DNA of 64,000 nt, taken from contig JAZDQA010000010.1 of the NCBI GenBank assembly GCA_043797085.1, positions 1 through 64,000 on the forward strand, read 5' to 3'. The notes under the pieces are model-generated. The model worked only from the letters and a program-made list of their open reading frames with translations, did not search any database and was not told the origin of the DNA. Each line of letters starts with the position of its first letter. Position 1 is the first letter of the stretch. A program made the position numbers and the translations under genes. Of the stretch, positions 7,810 through 18,411 are shown one piece after another. This DNA comes from Pseudomonadota bacterium (GTDB taxonomy: Bacteria; Campylobacterota; Campylobacteria; Campylobacterales; Sulfurimonadaceae).

Positions 7810-8424
7810 ATGGAACTTTTATTTAACCCAAACGTACAATTTTATCTTGTCGCATATCTTCTCGGCGGTATCCCTTTTGGGCTTTTGCTTGCTAAATTTT
7901 TTGCAGGGGTCAATATCAAAGAATCGGGTTCAGGAAGCATTGGTGCAACAAACGTACTGCGTGTGGTAAAAGAAACCAATCCCTCTCTAGCCAAAAAACT
8001 GGGGGCTGCAACCCTCGCACTTGATGCTCTAAAAGGAATAGCCGTTGTCCTTGCGGCGAAGTACATGGGATTCGATGAAAGCGTTCAATGGATGGTCGCC
8101 GTCCTCGCCGTTGTCGGTCACTGTTTTAGCCCTTATATGTGGTTTGAAGGCGGTAAAGGAGTAGCAACAGGAATGGGCGTTATGGCGGTTATGCTTCCTA
8201 TTCCTACCGCGATTGCTTTAGTCGTGTGGGCTGTTGCTGCTAAAACCATCCGTATCTCATCCCTTTCTTCTATGTTGGGACTCGCTGCACTTGTGCTTGC
8301 TTCGTTTGTGATGTACCCAGTCATGTTTCATGCATCGGTTGTGTTTATCGCCTTTATTTTATTTTACAAACATATCCCCAATTTTATTCGACTCTTTCAA
8401 GGGGAAGAAAAACAAGTCGCATGA
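7810..8424 (+). CDS. plsY: Glycerol-3-phosphate acyltransferase PlsY
   Basis: GSGSIGATNVLR, GGKGVATG, HIPNFIRL motifs. Confidence 0.96.
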   Translation: MELLFNPNVQFYLVAYLLGGIPFGLLLAKFFAGVNIKESGSGSIGATNVLRVVKETNPSLAKKLGAATLALDALKGIAVVLAAKYMGFDESVQWMVAVLAVVGHCFSPYMWFEGGKGVATGMGVMAVMLPIPTAIALVVWAVAAKTIRISSLSSMLGLAALVLASFVMYPVMFHASVVFIAFILFYKHIPNFIRLFQGEEKQVA

Positions 8425-8747
8425 AAATACTCATCGAAAATTTAGAGTTTGAAACCATACTCGGTATTTTAGAATCCGAACGGCTCACTCCTCAAAAAGT
8501 CTCTATTACGTGTACGATTGAATACACTTATACACAAAACGAGTTCATAAATTATGCCGAAGCAGCAACACTTATCGAAGAGACCATGATAAGAGAAAAA
8601 TTCTTACTCATCGAAGAGGCTCTCGAATTTCTAAGTGACGCCCTTAACAACCGTTTTCCCCTGATTCGTGAGCTCACTTTGCGTATTCAAAAACCAAATA
8701 TCCTCTCCAACTGTACGGTTGGCGTAGAACATCACGCTCTCTTTTAG
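8421..8747 (+). CDS. folB: Dihydroneopterin aldolase
   Basis: ILGILESER..PQ, INY, LIEE, KP motifs; usual position after plsY. Confidence 0.85.
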   Translation: MKILIENLEFETILGILESERLTPQKVSITCTIEYTYTQNEFINYAEAATLIEETMIREKFLLIEEALEFLSDALNNRFPLIRELTLRIQKPNILSNCTVGVEHHALF

Positions 8748-8819
8748 ATAACAATTCATTCACGATTCTTGACTATAATTCGTTTTATACAAACTTTCAA
8801 TCATTTAAAAGGATATATT

Positions 8820-9461
8820 ATGAAAAAAACAATTCTATCGCTCGTAACAGCAAGCGTATTATTTGTCGGATGCGCAGGAACAGATACGGGTCTTACTAAA
8901 GCTCAAACCGGTGCGCTTCTTGGTGGTGTCGCAGGTGCTCTTGTAGGTAAAAGTACTTCTAACCATAGCAATAAACGTGCGCTCATTGGCGGAGCCGTAG
9001 GTGCACTTGCCGGTTATGGTGTTGGAACCTATATGGACAAACAGCAAGCCGAACTCAACCAAGAGCTCAAAGGCTCAGGGGTTGAAATTGAACGTCAAGG
9101 CGATACCATCAATTTGAATATGCCTGGCGGAATTACGTTTGATACCGGCAAAGCAAACATCAAACCAAATTTCAATCCGGTCTTGAGTGATATTGCAAAT
9201 GTCATGAGCAAATACCCTGAAACAAAAATTGAAGTACAGGGACATACGGACAACGTAGGCAGTAATACAGATAACCTCCAGCTTTCCCAATTGCGTGCTC
9301 AAAGTGTAAGTTCAGCACTAAGTGCTCAAGGTGTGGATTCAAACCGTATAAAATCGGTTGGTTACGGTGAAAGTATGCCAGCTGCAACCAATGACACCGC
9401 AGCAGGACGTGAAACCAACCGTCGCGTCGAAATCAAAATTATCCCAAATCCGTCTAAATAA
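8820..9461 (+). CDS. OmpA-family lipoprotein with glycine zipper
   Basis: Lipobox FVGC, glycine-zipper repeats, GHTD...N..LS..RA and NRRVEI; SD aagga before ATG 8820. Confidence 0.92.
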   Translation: MKKTILSLVTASVLFVGCAGTDTGLTKAQTGALLGGVAGALVGKSTSNHSNKRALIGGAVGALAGYGVGTYMDKQQAELNQELKGSGVEIERQGDTINLNMPGGITFDTGKANIKPNFNPVLSDIANVMSKYPETKIEVQGHTDNVGSNTDNLQLSQLRAQSVSSALSAQGVDSNRIKSVGYGESMPAATNDTAAGRETNRRVEIKIIPNPSK

Positions 9462-9467
9462 TCCTCC

Positions 9468-9488
9468 TCCCCGTTTTTGCGGGGAAAA
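9468..9488. terminator. Probable intrinsic terminator hairpin
   Basis: CCCCG-TTTTTG-CGGGG just after the OmpA-family stop. Confidence 0.5.
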
Positions 9489-9614
9489 ACTGTCTCAAAC
9501 TACACTGCTTTTGTTCAAAATCATTGCATTTTTTAAAATTTCTTTAAAAAGAGTTTAAAATTTTCTAAAACTATGCTATAATTTCGGCAAAATATCCACT
9601 TTCGAGGAACGCTA

Positions 9615-10289
9615 ATGCGCATTTTAATTATCGAAGATGAAGTAACTCTCAATAAAACCCTAGCAGAAGGGCTCAAAGAGTTTGGCTACCAAAGCGATGT
9701 TGTAGAAACACTAAAAGACGGTGAATATTATCTTGATATCCGTAACTATGACCTTATCCTTATGGATTGGATGCTTCCTGATGGAAACAGTGTTGATATC
9801 ATCCCTGATATCAAACGTAATACACCTAAAACAGTAGTCGTTGTTTTATCCGCTCGTGATGACAACGAAAGCGAAATTGAAGCACTTCGTTCAGGTGCAG
9901 ATGACTATATCCGTAAACCGTTTGATTTTGATGTTCTTATCGCTCGTATCGAAGCGCGTTTGCGTTTTGGCGGAAGCAATATCATCGAGATTGATGACCT
10001 TATCATCAATCCAGAAGAAGAGAAAATCATCTACAAAGAAAAAGAGATTGAGCTCAAAGGTAAACCGTTTGAAGTGTTAACTCACCTTGCACGTCACCGT
10101 GATCAAATCGTCTCTAAAGAACAGCTTTTGGATGCAATCTGGGAAGAACCAGAGCTTGTTACTCCAAACGTTATTGAGGTTGCGATCAACCAAATTCGTC
10201 AAAAAATGGACAAACCATTGGGAATTACTACAATTGAAACGGTTCGTCGCCGTGGATACCGTTTTTGTTTCCCTAAAGAAATCAACTAA
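9615..10289 (+). CDS. hsrA: HsrA/CosR-type homeostatic response regulator
   Basis: KGKPFEVLTHLARHRDQIVSKEQLLDAIWEEPELVTPNVIEVAINQIRQKMDKPL and VRRRGYRFC, characteristic of the HP1043/CosR family. Confidence 0.92.
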   Translation: MRILIIEDEVTLNKTLAEGLKEFGYQSDVVETLKDGEYYLDIRNYDLILMDWMLPDGNSVDIIPDIKRNTPKTVVVVLSARDDNESEIEALRSGADDYIRKPFDFDVLIARIEARLRFGGSNIIEIDDLIINPEEEKIIYKEKEIELKGKPFEVLTHLARHRDQIVSKEQLLDAIWEEPELVTPNVIEVAINQIRQKMDKPLGITTIETVRRRGYRFCFPKEIN

Positions 10290-10310
10290 TTCTCAAGAAA
10301 GAGAGCCGTT

Positions 10311-11612
10311 TTGTTTTCTAAAAGAAGTATAAGACGTCGATTTTTACTGCAACTAATTGTCGCTTCGGCGGCACTTGTCCTATTATTTTCCTCTTTTTTA
10401 TACCTTTTTATCAAGCAATCTATTTATGACGAGAAACAAGCTGAACTCATAAGTACTGCCCAAAACATCTGTACCTCCAAATCTCTTATAACCGCACAAC
10501 AAAACAATCCTGATTTACTGCTTGGACTCAATGTTGAACTCATTACTCTTCAAAAAGAAGAAAATCTTCTTGAATTTTATGTCACCGCCCATAAAGATAA
10601 GAGCACTTCTTTAACATTGATCTATCCCTTTGATTTTGAACGCTCTTCTTACCTCAGAGTAAGCCGTGACATTACCGCGACTGAACGTTTGCTCCAAAAG
10701 ATTCTTCGTTCTATTTTTTTGATTAATGCGTTTGGATTTATCGTCATTATCCTCTATGCTATTGCTTTTTCCAAGATGCTTATCGCGCCTGTAAGTGCTT
10801 TAACACGCCGATTGGCAAATATGAACGAACATCTTTTACGCCCCATTCAAGTAGAGCATCTCCCCGAAGAGTTCGAACCGCTGGGAGAAACACTCAACCG
10901 ACTTATGGGACGAATTCAAAATTTCGTTAAATACCAAAAAGAGCTTTTTATCGGTGCAGCGCATGAACTTAAAACTCCTCTTGCGGTTATCAAGCTTAAA
11001 AATCAAGTGACTTTAATTAAAAAGCGCTCAGCTGAAGAGTACATTGAAGCTTTGCGTATTACCAATCAAAGTGTCGATGAGATGAATAAAATTGTTGCGA
11101 ATATCCTCAATATCGGTCGTCAAGAAGGAGCTCAACTGGAGATGCCCTCCGAAGCCGATATCATCCAAATTTTAAAAAAATGGGAAGGTGATTTTGCTCT
11201 TTTGGCACACAGTGAGAATAAAACACTCCAAACCAAGTTTGAACCTGAATCTTTTAGTGCCTTTTTACAAGTCACTTTGCTTAATCAAATCTTGCAAAAC
11301 TTCTTACAAAATGCTCTCAAATTTACCCCCGAAGGTAAAACAATTATTTTTCAAAGCTACCTTGATCAAACCAATATTATCATTGAAGTGATTGATGAGG
11401 GGTGCGGAATCGATGAAAGTGTTGATCTTTTCGCCCCTTTTAAACGTCAAGGGAATAAATCAGGCGTTGGACTGGGACTGTTTTTAGCGAAAAGTGCTGC
11501 TGAAGCCATTGGCGCACACATCAGTATTACCAATCGTACCGATGGGCATGACGGGACGATTGCACAACTAATTCTCCCCTCAAAACTCTATTGCTTACTC
11601 CCTTTACGTTAG
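10311..11612 (+). CDS. Sensor histidine kinase with HAMP domain
   Basis: AAHELKTPL, NFLQNALKFT, DEGCGI, GVGLGL; two TMs. Confidence 0.92.
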   Translation: MFSKRSIRRRFLLQLIVASAALVLLFSSFLYLFIKQSIYDEKQAELISTAQNICTSKSLITAQQNNPDLLLGLNVELITLQKEENLLEFYVTAHKDKSTSLTLIYPFDFERSSYLRVSRDITATERLLQKILRSIFLINAFGFIVIILYAIAFSKMLIAPVSALTRRLANMNEHLLRPIQVEHLPEEFEPLGETLNRLMGRIQNFVKYQKELFIGAAHELKTPLAVIKLKNQVTLIKKRSAEEYIEALRITNQSVDEMNKIVANILNIGRQEGAQLEMPSEADIIQILKKWEGDFALLAHSENKTLQTKFEPESFSAFLQVTLLNQILQNFLQNALKFTPEGKTIIFQSYLDQTNIIIEVIDEGCGIDESVDLFAPFKRQGNKSGVGLGLFLAKSAAEAIGAHISITNRTDGHDGTIAQLILPSKLYCLLPLR

Positions 11613-11686
11613 GGCACAACTCCCCTTAAGCTACCTTTCGCTATAAATCGCGCATTATCAAAAACTTTTAACATCAAGGTCAACCA

Positions 11687-11944
11687 ATGCCATTAATTAT
11701 CGTCGATGAATGTATTGCATGCGATGCATGCCGTGAAGAGTGTCCAATGGACGCTATCGAAGAGGGTGATCCGATTTACATCATTGATCCGGATCGTTGT
11801 ACTGAGTGCGTAGGAACGTACGATGAGCCTGCATGTATTGCAGTATGTCCCGTTGATTGTATCATTCCCGATAAAGACAACGTAGAGACGATGCAAGAGC
11901 TTTTGTACAAACATAAACAGCTCACAGCAGCAGAAGAAGAATAG
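11687..11944 (+). CDS. 2x[4Fe-4S] ferredoxin (YfhL type)
   Basis: CIACDACREECP and CTECVG....PACIAVCPVDC. Confidence 0.93.
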   Translation: MPLIIVDECIACDACREECPMDAIEEGDPIYIIDPDRCTECVGTYDEPACIAVCPVDCIIPDKDNVETMQELLYKHKQLTAAEEE

Positions 11945-13405
11945 ATGGCGCAATGTACCGCTGTCATCGACATTGGGTCAAACTCAATGCGTATGGCGGT
12001 ATTTCAAAAAACCAGCCGTTTTGCCTTTCATATCATTCATGAAATCAAAAGCTCTGTTCGCCTTGCACAAAATGCTTATACGAACGGCGGAAATCTCCAA
12101 TCAAACGCAATGGATCGCGGTTGCGAAGCAATAGGAGAGTTTTTACGTGTTGCTGAATCTTTCAAAGCACGTAAAATTCTCTGTGTTGCCACCTCTGCAC
12201 TGCGCGATGCCCCCAATAAATCTGATTTTATCCGTCGTATCCAACAAGAGCATGGTCTCTGCATTAAAGTCATTGATGGCGATAAAGAGGCGTATTTAGG
12301 GGCGATTGCCTGCGCCAACCTCCTTCCCAAAATAAATGCGGTTACAGTTGATGTAGGTGGAGGTTCCAGTGAGTTTTCACTGCTTGACAACGGAAATGTG
12401 ACACAGACGGTCTCTTTAAATATCGGTACAGTTCGGCTCAAAGAACTTTTTATGGATAATGGCGACATTGAAGGGGCAAGCGCTTACATTGATGCAGCAT
12501 TACAAACCCTCCCCTTTGAGTCTATACCAACTCTTATCGGCATCGGCGGGACATTCCGAGCCCTAACTCATGGAATCATGAAAAAAGAGGACTATCCCCT
12601 CAAAAAACTTCATGGGTTTTCAACCTCTACGATAGCATTTAAATCTTTTTGTGATTCTGTCCTCGACGCTTCGCCCAAAAAGCTCAAATCACTCAACATT
12701 AAACCTGAGCGTTTTGATACCATCAAATCAGGTACCCTCATATTTTTGCGTATTCTCAATCATTTACAATCTAAAGCCCTAATATGCAGTGGTGCCGGAG
12801 TTAGGGAGGGGGTATTTTTAAGTGATTTGCTACGAAACTCCGCCCATAAGTTTCCAAGCAATTACAACCCTTCCGTCCGCTACTTGCTGGATACCCATGC
12901 GACACACAGCAATCATGGTGTTGAGTGTGCTGCCTTATTCAAAACACTTTTTGATGCAACGCATGAACATTTGAAACTTGATCCTTCATGGCGTCATGAA
13001 CTCAGTATCGCAGCAAAACTGCTGCCTATTGGTTTAGGTGTTCGCTATTATGCGTATCAAAAACACAGCCATTATTTGGCGTTAAGCGCTCTTGATTATG
13101 GATTAACCCATTCCCAAATCGCCCTTATCTCTCACATGCTGTTGTTCAAAAAAGAGAGCTCTTCTTCTGATTTACTTCCTAAAAACAGTTATGGCACTCT
13201 GCTTCCTGATACTAAAACGCTTGATGCTCTCCATTATTTACTGTGGCTCTCTCATATACTCTTAGCAGGACGTATTTCTCCCCAAAGCTTTACCTTGTCA
13301 TTTAGTGACGGGGAGCTGCGTATCCAAGCTCCGCATCTTTACCTAGCACGTGAACAACTCAAAAATCTTGTTGCTCTAAAAAATTTGATCGTTACCCTCC
13401 TCTAG
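11945..13405 (+). CDS. ppx: Ppx/GppA exopolyphosphatase
   Basis: IDIGSNS, ATSALRDA, DVGGGSSE, GVREG. Confidence 0.92.
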   Translation: MAQCTAVIDIGSNSMRMAVFQKTSRFAFHIIHEIKSSVRLAQNAYTNGGNLQSNAMDRGCEAIGEFLRVAESFKARKILCVATSALRDAPNKSDFIRRIQQEHGLCIKVIDGDKEAYLGAIACANLLPKINAVTVDVGGGSSEFSLLDNGNVTQTVSLNIGTVRLKELFMDNGDIEGASAYIDAALQTLPFESIPTLIGIGGTFRALTHGIMKKEDYPLKKLHGFSTSTIAFKSFCDSVLDASPKKLKSLNIKPERFDTIKSGTLIFLRILNHLQSKALICSGAGVREGVFLSDLLRNSAHKFPSNYNPSVRYLLDTHATHSNHGVECAALFKTLFDATHEHLKLDPSWRHELSIAAKLLPIGLGVRYYAYQKHSHYLALSALDYGLTHSQIALISHMLLFKKESSSSDLLPKNSYGTLLPDTKTLDALHYLLWLSHILLAGRISPQSFTLSFSDGELRIQAPHLYLAREQLKNLVALKNLIVTLL

Positions 13406-13415
13406 GAAGGTGATC

Positions 13416-15653
13416 TTAAAATCTCTGCCCAATCGTAAATTCAAAGTGGGCGATGTCATCCCCTGCTTCACTCTTAAGAGGATTTGAGAACACAAGCTGC
13501 AACGGTCCGACAGGGCTGAACCACTCCAACGAAATTCCATATCCTCCGCGCTGTATTTCACTTAAACTTTTATCGCCAATCATACCGTAATCGATAAATG
13601 CCGTTGCACGCATTTTCGCTTCAGGGACGAGAGGAACACTAAATTCCAAGCTATTGGAAAAGGTTTGTGCTCCGCCAATTAAATCTTTTACACCATCACC
13701 ATTTATATCATCAGCTCCACGTGGCGAAAGAGAATAACTTTGATATCCGCGAACCGATCCGATACCCCCCATGTAAAATTTCTCACTTATAGGTAGCTTT
13801 CCAGTATCTTTAGCGTAATTAAATCGTGCTTTGTAGCGTAAAATTAAATCAAAATCAGTGAGCTTTTGCAATCCTTGATAGAGTCCAAAACTCGTACGGC
13901 TTTTCCAAAAATCAGCATCTCCGCCAAGACCTGATTTTTCAATACTTTGAGAAAAACTCATCCCCTCGCGCGGAACATAATAATCATCGGTACTGTCAAA
14001 ACTTACGGATGCGCTGACGGAACTTTTCGAATAACTTTCATAACGAGGGTCATTTGTTGTATTTGTATCATATTGATTATTTGAATAACCGTACCCTAAA
14101 TAGCCACTCACATAACGGTTGAAACGGTGCCCTGTTCCTATGCTAACCCCTTGAGAATCAACTTTATACCCAGAAGAATCAGTGTAATCTGTAGAGGTGG
14201 AATTTACGGAAAAATTACCGCTAAAGTCACTGTCATTCAAACGGGGATTCGAGATGTTAAACGCGTAGTTTTTTGTTCGCGTTGATTTCTCTAAATTGAG
14301 CCCCACATTGAGCCCTGAGCCGAAAATATTACGGTCACTCACGGCGACACTAAGCATAATACCGCCGAAACTTCCATATCCGCCACCCAGCTGAATATTT
14401 CCTGTCGGCGCTTCTTTGGTTTGGACGATCAGATCCATGGACTCATCATCGATACGCTTCTCTTCGATCGTCGTACTCTCAAAATAACCCGTACGCCCCA
14501 AAGCATTACGAGAATCTTTTAAGTTCGTAAGACTGTACAAATCTCCAGGTGCCAAAAAGAGCTCTCGGCGGGTAACACGGTCCAGTGTACGGTTATTTCC
14601 GGCGATGATAACGTTATGAATGCGTACTTTTTTACCGGGAACAATTCGATAAATAACTTCGACGCTCTTGGTCTCTTTATCTTTGCGTAAATCGGGTTGA
14701 ACCTGTGCATACGCGTACCCTAAATCGGCAATCTTTGTTTTGATCCGCTCTGCATCATCGCGAAATGTTTTAATATTAAACGGCTTGTTTTTTTGGAGTG
14801 CAATAATGTCTAGCAATGCCTGATCTTCGATAACATTGGTATCTTGAAAAATAAGGATGTCGCTGACGCGGAAAATATCCCCTTCAAAAACGTTGTACGC
14901 CATGGATGCTTCGTAATGGTTAAAATCAACCGCAACAAAAGGCTGATCCACTTTTGCGTCCAAATACCCGTTTTGCATATAATAATCACGAATCCGCATT
15001 GGGTCATATTGCAATTCAGCAAGCTTCATCTTCCCATCATTACGTCCCCAAAGCCATCCCATAAAATCCTGCTCTTTATTCGCCATAGTTTTTTCAAACT
15101 CATCGGAATCGACTCCGGAAACTCCGTAATATTTCAACTTTTTGATAATAATCTCTTCACCCTCATTGGCGATGAAGGTCACTTGCATACTGCCGTTATC
15201 AAGTTTTGTACTCTCTACTTCAACGACGGAATCAATTTTCCCCTCTTGACTCAATGCTTCAACAATGCGCTTGCGCGTACTTTCTATTCGGAGGGTATCG
15301 TAAAGAGCCCCTTTCTCGATTTGCAAAAGAGTTTTTTTGGCTTCTTCGTCGTTATCTTTGTACCCTTTTAGCTCGATCTTGGAAATAACCGGCTTCTCTT
15401 TGAAATGAAACGTTACCGTACCATTTTCTTCATCCGCCCATATATCTTCAAAATAGCCTTGATCAAAAAAAGCTTTAATGGTTTTATCCACCTCCGCAGG
15501 GTTAAGAGGTTCACCTATCTTCACCGTATTAAGCTGCTTGGCAACGGCTGCTGAAATATGCACCATTCCATCATAACTAATGGCTTCAACCTTCGAAGTG
15601 GCGGCATTGAGTAAAACAGTGCAGAGTAAAAGAGAGAGGGTGATTTTTTTCAA
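13416..15653 (-). CDS. bamA: Outer membrane protein assembly factor BamA
   Basis: POTRA repeats, SVRGY, C-terminal WFSPVGPL...FEFTIGQRF. Confidence 0.96.
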   Translation of the reverse strand: MKKITLSLLLCTVLLNAATSKVEAISYDGMVHISAAVAKQLNTVKIGEPLNPAEVDKTIKAFFDQGYFEDIWADEENGTVTFHFKEKPVISKIELKGYKDNDEEAKKTLLQIEKGALYDTLRIESTRKRIVEALSQEGKIDSVVEVESTKLDNGSMQVTFIANEGEEIIIKKLKYYGVSGVDSDEFEKTMANKEQDFMGWLWGRNDGKMKLAELQYDPMRIRDYYMQNGYLDAKVDQPFVAVDFNHYEASMAYNVFEGDIFRVSDILIFQDTNVIEDQALLDIIALQKNKPFNIKTFRDDAERIKTKIADLGYAYAQVQPDLRKDKETKSVEVIYRIVPGKKVRIHNVIIAGNNRTLDRVTRRELFLAPGDLYSLTNLKDSRNALGRTGYFESTTIEEKRIDDESMDLIVQTKEAPTGNIQLGGGYGSFGGIMLSVAVSDRNIFGSGLNVGLNLEKSTRTKNYAFNISNPRLNDSDFSGNFSVNSTSTDYTDSSGYKVDSQGVSIGTGHRFNRYVSGYLGYGYSNNQYDTNTTNDPRYESYSKSSVSASVSFDSTDDYYVPREGMSFSQSIEKSGLGGDADFWKSRTSFGLYQGLQKLTDFDLILRYKARFNYAKDTGKLPISEKFYMGGIGSVRGYQSYSLSPRGADDINGDGVKDLIGGAQTFSNSLEFSVPLVPEAKMRATAFIDYGMIGDKSLSEIQRGGYGISLEWFSPVGPLQLVFSNPLKSEAGDDIAHFEFTIGQRF

Positions 15654-15764
15654 AATTAAAATCCATTGCGTTAAATTGTCTCTTATTTTACCACCCTAAT
15701 GGTTAATATTCCCGTAAATCTGCTAGAATACGCATAAACAAAGTAAATTGGGTAAGGGTTGAGC

Positions 15765-16601
15765 ATGGAGATTGGAATCGTCGGATTAGGACTAATGGGA
15801 GGATCTCTTGCACTATCTCTTCGAAAACTCCCCTTCGTCACCTCCGTCGTTGGAAGCGATCACAATCTTGAGCATCAGCACACGGCACTTGAACTGGGTC
15901 TCGTTCAGGCCATTCTCCCTTTTGAAGAACTAAAAAAGCGTTGTGATGTCATCTTTTTTGCGGTACCGGTCGATGGGGTTATTGCCCTTTTAAATCAATC
16001 CGTGGATTTGGCAGGAAGCGATAAAACGCTCATTGATTTAGGCAGTACAAAAGCGCTCATTGTCGCTGCAATCCCCCCTGAAATTCGCGCCAATGTCGTT
16101 GCAGCCCATCCCATGACAGGAACTGAACAATTTGGTCCAAAAGCAGCTTTTGAAGGGCTATATACCGATAAAGTCGTCGTTTTATGCGATTTAGAGCACA
16201 GCGGTCAAAAACAGCGCGATATTGCCTTAAAAATCTTCCGCGCAATCGGGATGCAGATTCACACGATGGGTGCCGCGCAACACGACCGCCATGCCGCCAT
16301 CATCAGCCACATGCCCCACGTCATCTCCTACGCACTCGCCAACACCGTGTTAGCCCAAGAGGAAAAAGAGAACATTTTAGCCCTTGCAGCAGGGGGATTT
16401 CGCTCGATGAGCCGTTTGGCAAAAAGTTCTCCGACAATGTGGGAAGATATCTTTCGTCAAAACCGTGCCAATGTCCTCGATGCGGTAGAGCTGTTTCAGC
16501 GTGAACTTGCCACACTCAAAGAGGCATTGGAAGAAAAAGATTACACGACACTGCACAAAGAGATGAAAGATGCCAATAAACTTTATGAGATTTTTACCTA
16601 A
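15765..16601 (+). CDS. tyrA: Prephenate dehydrogenase
   Basis: GLGLMGGS Rossmann motif, DLGSTK, HPMTGTE, HD....ISHMPH. Confidence 0.93.
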   Translation: MEIGIVGLGLMGGSLALSLRKLPFVTSVVGSDHNLEHQHTALELGLVQAILPFEELKKRCDVIFFAVPVDGVIALLNQSVDLAGSDKTLIDLGSTKALIVAAIPPEIRANVVAAHPMTGTEQFGPKAAFEGLYTDKVVVLCDLEHSGQKQRDIALKIFRAIGMQIHTMGAAQHDRHAAIISHMPHVISYALANTVLAQEEKENILALAAGGFRSMSRLAKSSPTMWEDIFRQNRANVLDAVELFQRELATLKEALEEKDYTTLHKEMKDANKLYEIFT

Positions 16602-17689
16602 TACACAAATAACGGTGTTGCATTTTGCATCCCCATCGCCTCTTCAACTTTTTTACTCTCTTTTTTAACCGTTCTCTCTGATTTATTGCTCCCTTTTGGA
16701 AGCTCTTTACTCTTCTCAGCAGGTAACTTTGCCAGATTGATTTCTACCCATTCCCTCAGCTTCAAATCATTCGTAACCACGCGCTCATACCAATACCGAG
16801 CCCTCTCATAATGACCCGCCTTAAAAAGAGCATTAGCGTAGTTGTAGCGTATTTGCGGACTGTCATGAATCCGTTGATACTCACCAAACAATCGTGCACT
16901 TTGCTCATACTCTCCGTGCAAATAAGCATTGTTTGCTTTTTCCAATAGTCTAAAATCCATAACTCCTGCACGACCATCGTTCTCACCCATAAAAATCATA
17001 AATACCAACGCCATCGAAACACTTTGGCGCTTGCTCATGGACGATAGGGCAATGGATATAAGTATCATTGCAAGTCCCAAGGGAAAATAAAAAAGTTGGA
17101 AATAGATCCAGTGTTCTTTTGGTTTGCGCAACGTTTCAATCTCTTGTCTATTTGGCATCGTATTTCCGACAATCACAATAGCGGATGTTTTACAAACATT
17201 GCGCACATGCTTTTCATCCGAAACTACGGTGTTCATAATTTGCGGTGAGAGATTTTGGATAAGATCTTTTAGTGTTTTTTTATCCTCATTCACGGGGGCG
17301 ATACGATACACTTTGGAATCAAATGCCACCAGTTCAACCCCACCCTCAAACTCATCCACGAGAGCTATCGCATTTTTTTTCATCCTCTCAAACGCAATCA
17401 AAGGTTTAGTTGATATATCCAATGCAATCGTTATGGGCATAGGAGCTTCTACGATTTTTTCTTGGTGTACCACGGGTTGTGCAAGGGCTATAATGATGAG
17501 TAAAGATGCAACTAAAAACAGTGTATTGCGCCCATAACTTCCTAAGGTTGAATCATCTAGTCGTAATTTTTCTAATGCCGTTTGACTAAAATAATGCTCA
17601 TTGTGACGTTTTTGGGTAAACCAAAAATAAAAAAGTATCCCAACCAAGGGTATCATCCAATAGAGAAATTCACTATGCAAAAAACTCAT
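16598..17689 (-). CDS. Degenerate BatB/C-like VWA plus TPR protein
   Basis: BatA-type N-terminus, IIALAQP, partial MIDAS (LDIS), C-terminal TPR (RYNYANALFK). Confidence 0.7.
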   Translation of the reverse strand: MSFLHSEFLYWMIPLVGILFYFWFTQKRHNEHYFSQTALEKLRLDDSTLGSYGRNTLFLVASLLIIIALAQPVVHQEKIVEAPMPITIALDISTKPLIAFERMKKNAIALVDEFEGGVELVAFDSKVYRIAPVNEDKKTLKDLIQNLSPQIMNTVVSDEKHVRNVCKTSAIVIVGNTMPNRQEIETLRKPKEHWIYFQLFYFPLGLAMILISIALSSMSKRQSVSMALVFMIFMGENDGRAGVMDFRLLEKANNAYLHGEYEQSARLFGEYQRIHDSPQIRYNYANALFKAGHYERARYWYERVVTNDLKLREWVEINLAKLPAEKSKELPKGSNKSERTVKKESKKVEEAMGMQNATPLFVY

Positions 17690-18411
17690 AAAAAACCTCG
17701 TTGATTACGTCCGAATAAATAGACCAACATTGCCATAAATCCAAAAAAAAGAGGATAAAAATAGAAATATTCCAAGACTACTCTTCTCTCTGCAATGGGG
17801 ATCATAGAATGCTCACGATTGTTTTTTTGCATCCATTCTTTCCACTGTTTTTGAGGGACTACAGAGGTTTCTATGAGTATCGGAATCGAATGGACAAACG
17901 TTTTTGGATGGTCTGAAAAGATGACAATCCACAGTCGCTCTTGTGTCGATAAAAGCTCTTTTATCGTGTAGTCCATTTGGAGGTTGGGTGTTTTGGGTAA
18001 TTGATTCAAAATCGACAATAATGCCGTATGATCACTCGTCAAAGGGATTTTAACGTTTTTGGGAACGTACAAAGCAATCTCATCGTGTTGTCGTAGCTCG
18101 ATAAACGATGCTATTTTTGCCTTCATCGCCTCATCCGGCGAATCAGCAACAATCAGCGTGCTATACCCTTGAAAACGTGGTGTCTCTTGAATTTCTTTGA
18201 CGGGTGACATTACAGCAACGATCAAAAAAACGATCATCAGCCATTTCGAAATCCACATCCACGCAGGAGATTTCACCCCTGCATCACCAAAACGAGAGAT
18301 ATGGGGAAAATAGAGCATTTGGGAACGAAGGGGGCAAAGATTTTCACATGCCAGAAAAACGAACAGCAAAAAACTAAGCTTTGGAAATTCGAAATAAAAC
18401 CCCTCAAACAT
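17686..18411 (-). CDS. Degenerate BatA-like membrane protein
   Basis: FEFP N-terminus, YFPH, PLTSDH, C-terminal YFYFYPL TM; no intact MIDAS. Confidence 0.65.
   Translation of the reverse strand: MFEGFYFEFPKLSFLLFVFLACENLCPLRSQMLYFPHISRFGDAGVKSPAWMWISKWLMIVFLIVAVMSPVKEIQETPRFQGYSTLIVADSPDEAMKAKIASFIELRQHDEIALYVPKNVKIPLTSDHTALLSILNQLPKTPNLQMDYTIKELLSTQERLWIVIFSDHPKTFVHSIPILIETSVVPQKQWKEWMQKNNREHSMIPIAERRVVLEYFYFYPLFFGFMAMLVYLFGRNQRGFL

Noticed and set aside
14844..15371. Long antisense ORFs (also 23995-24534, 20017-20424, 51817-52254)
   Set aside because: They lie opposite well-supported genes and show no recognisable motifs; treated as shadow ORFs.
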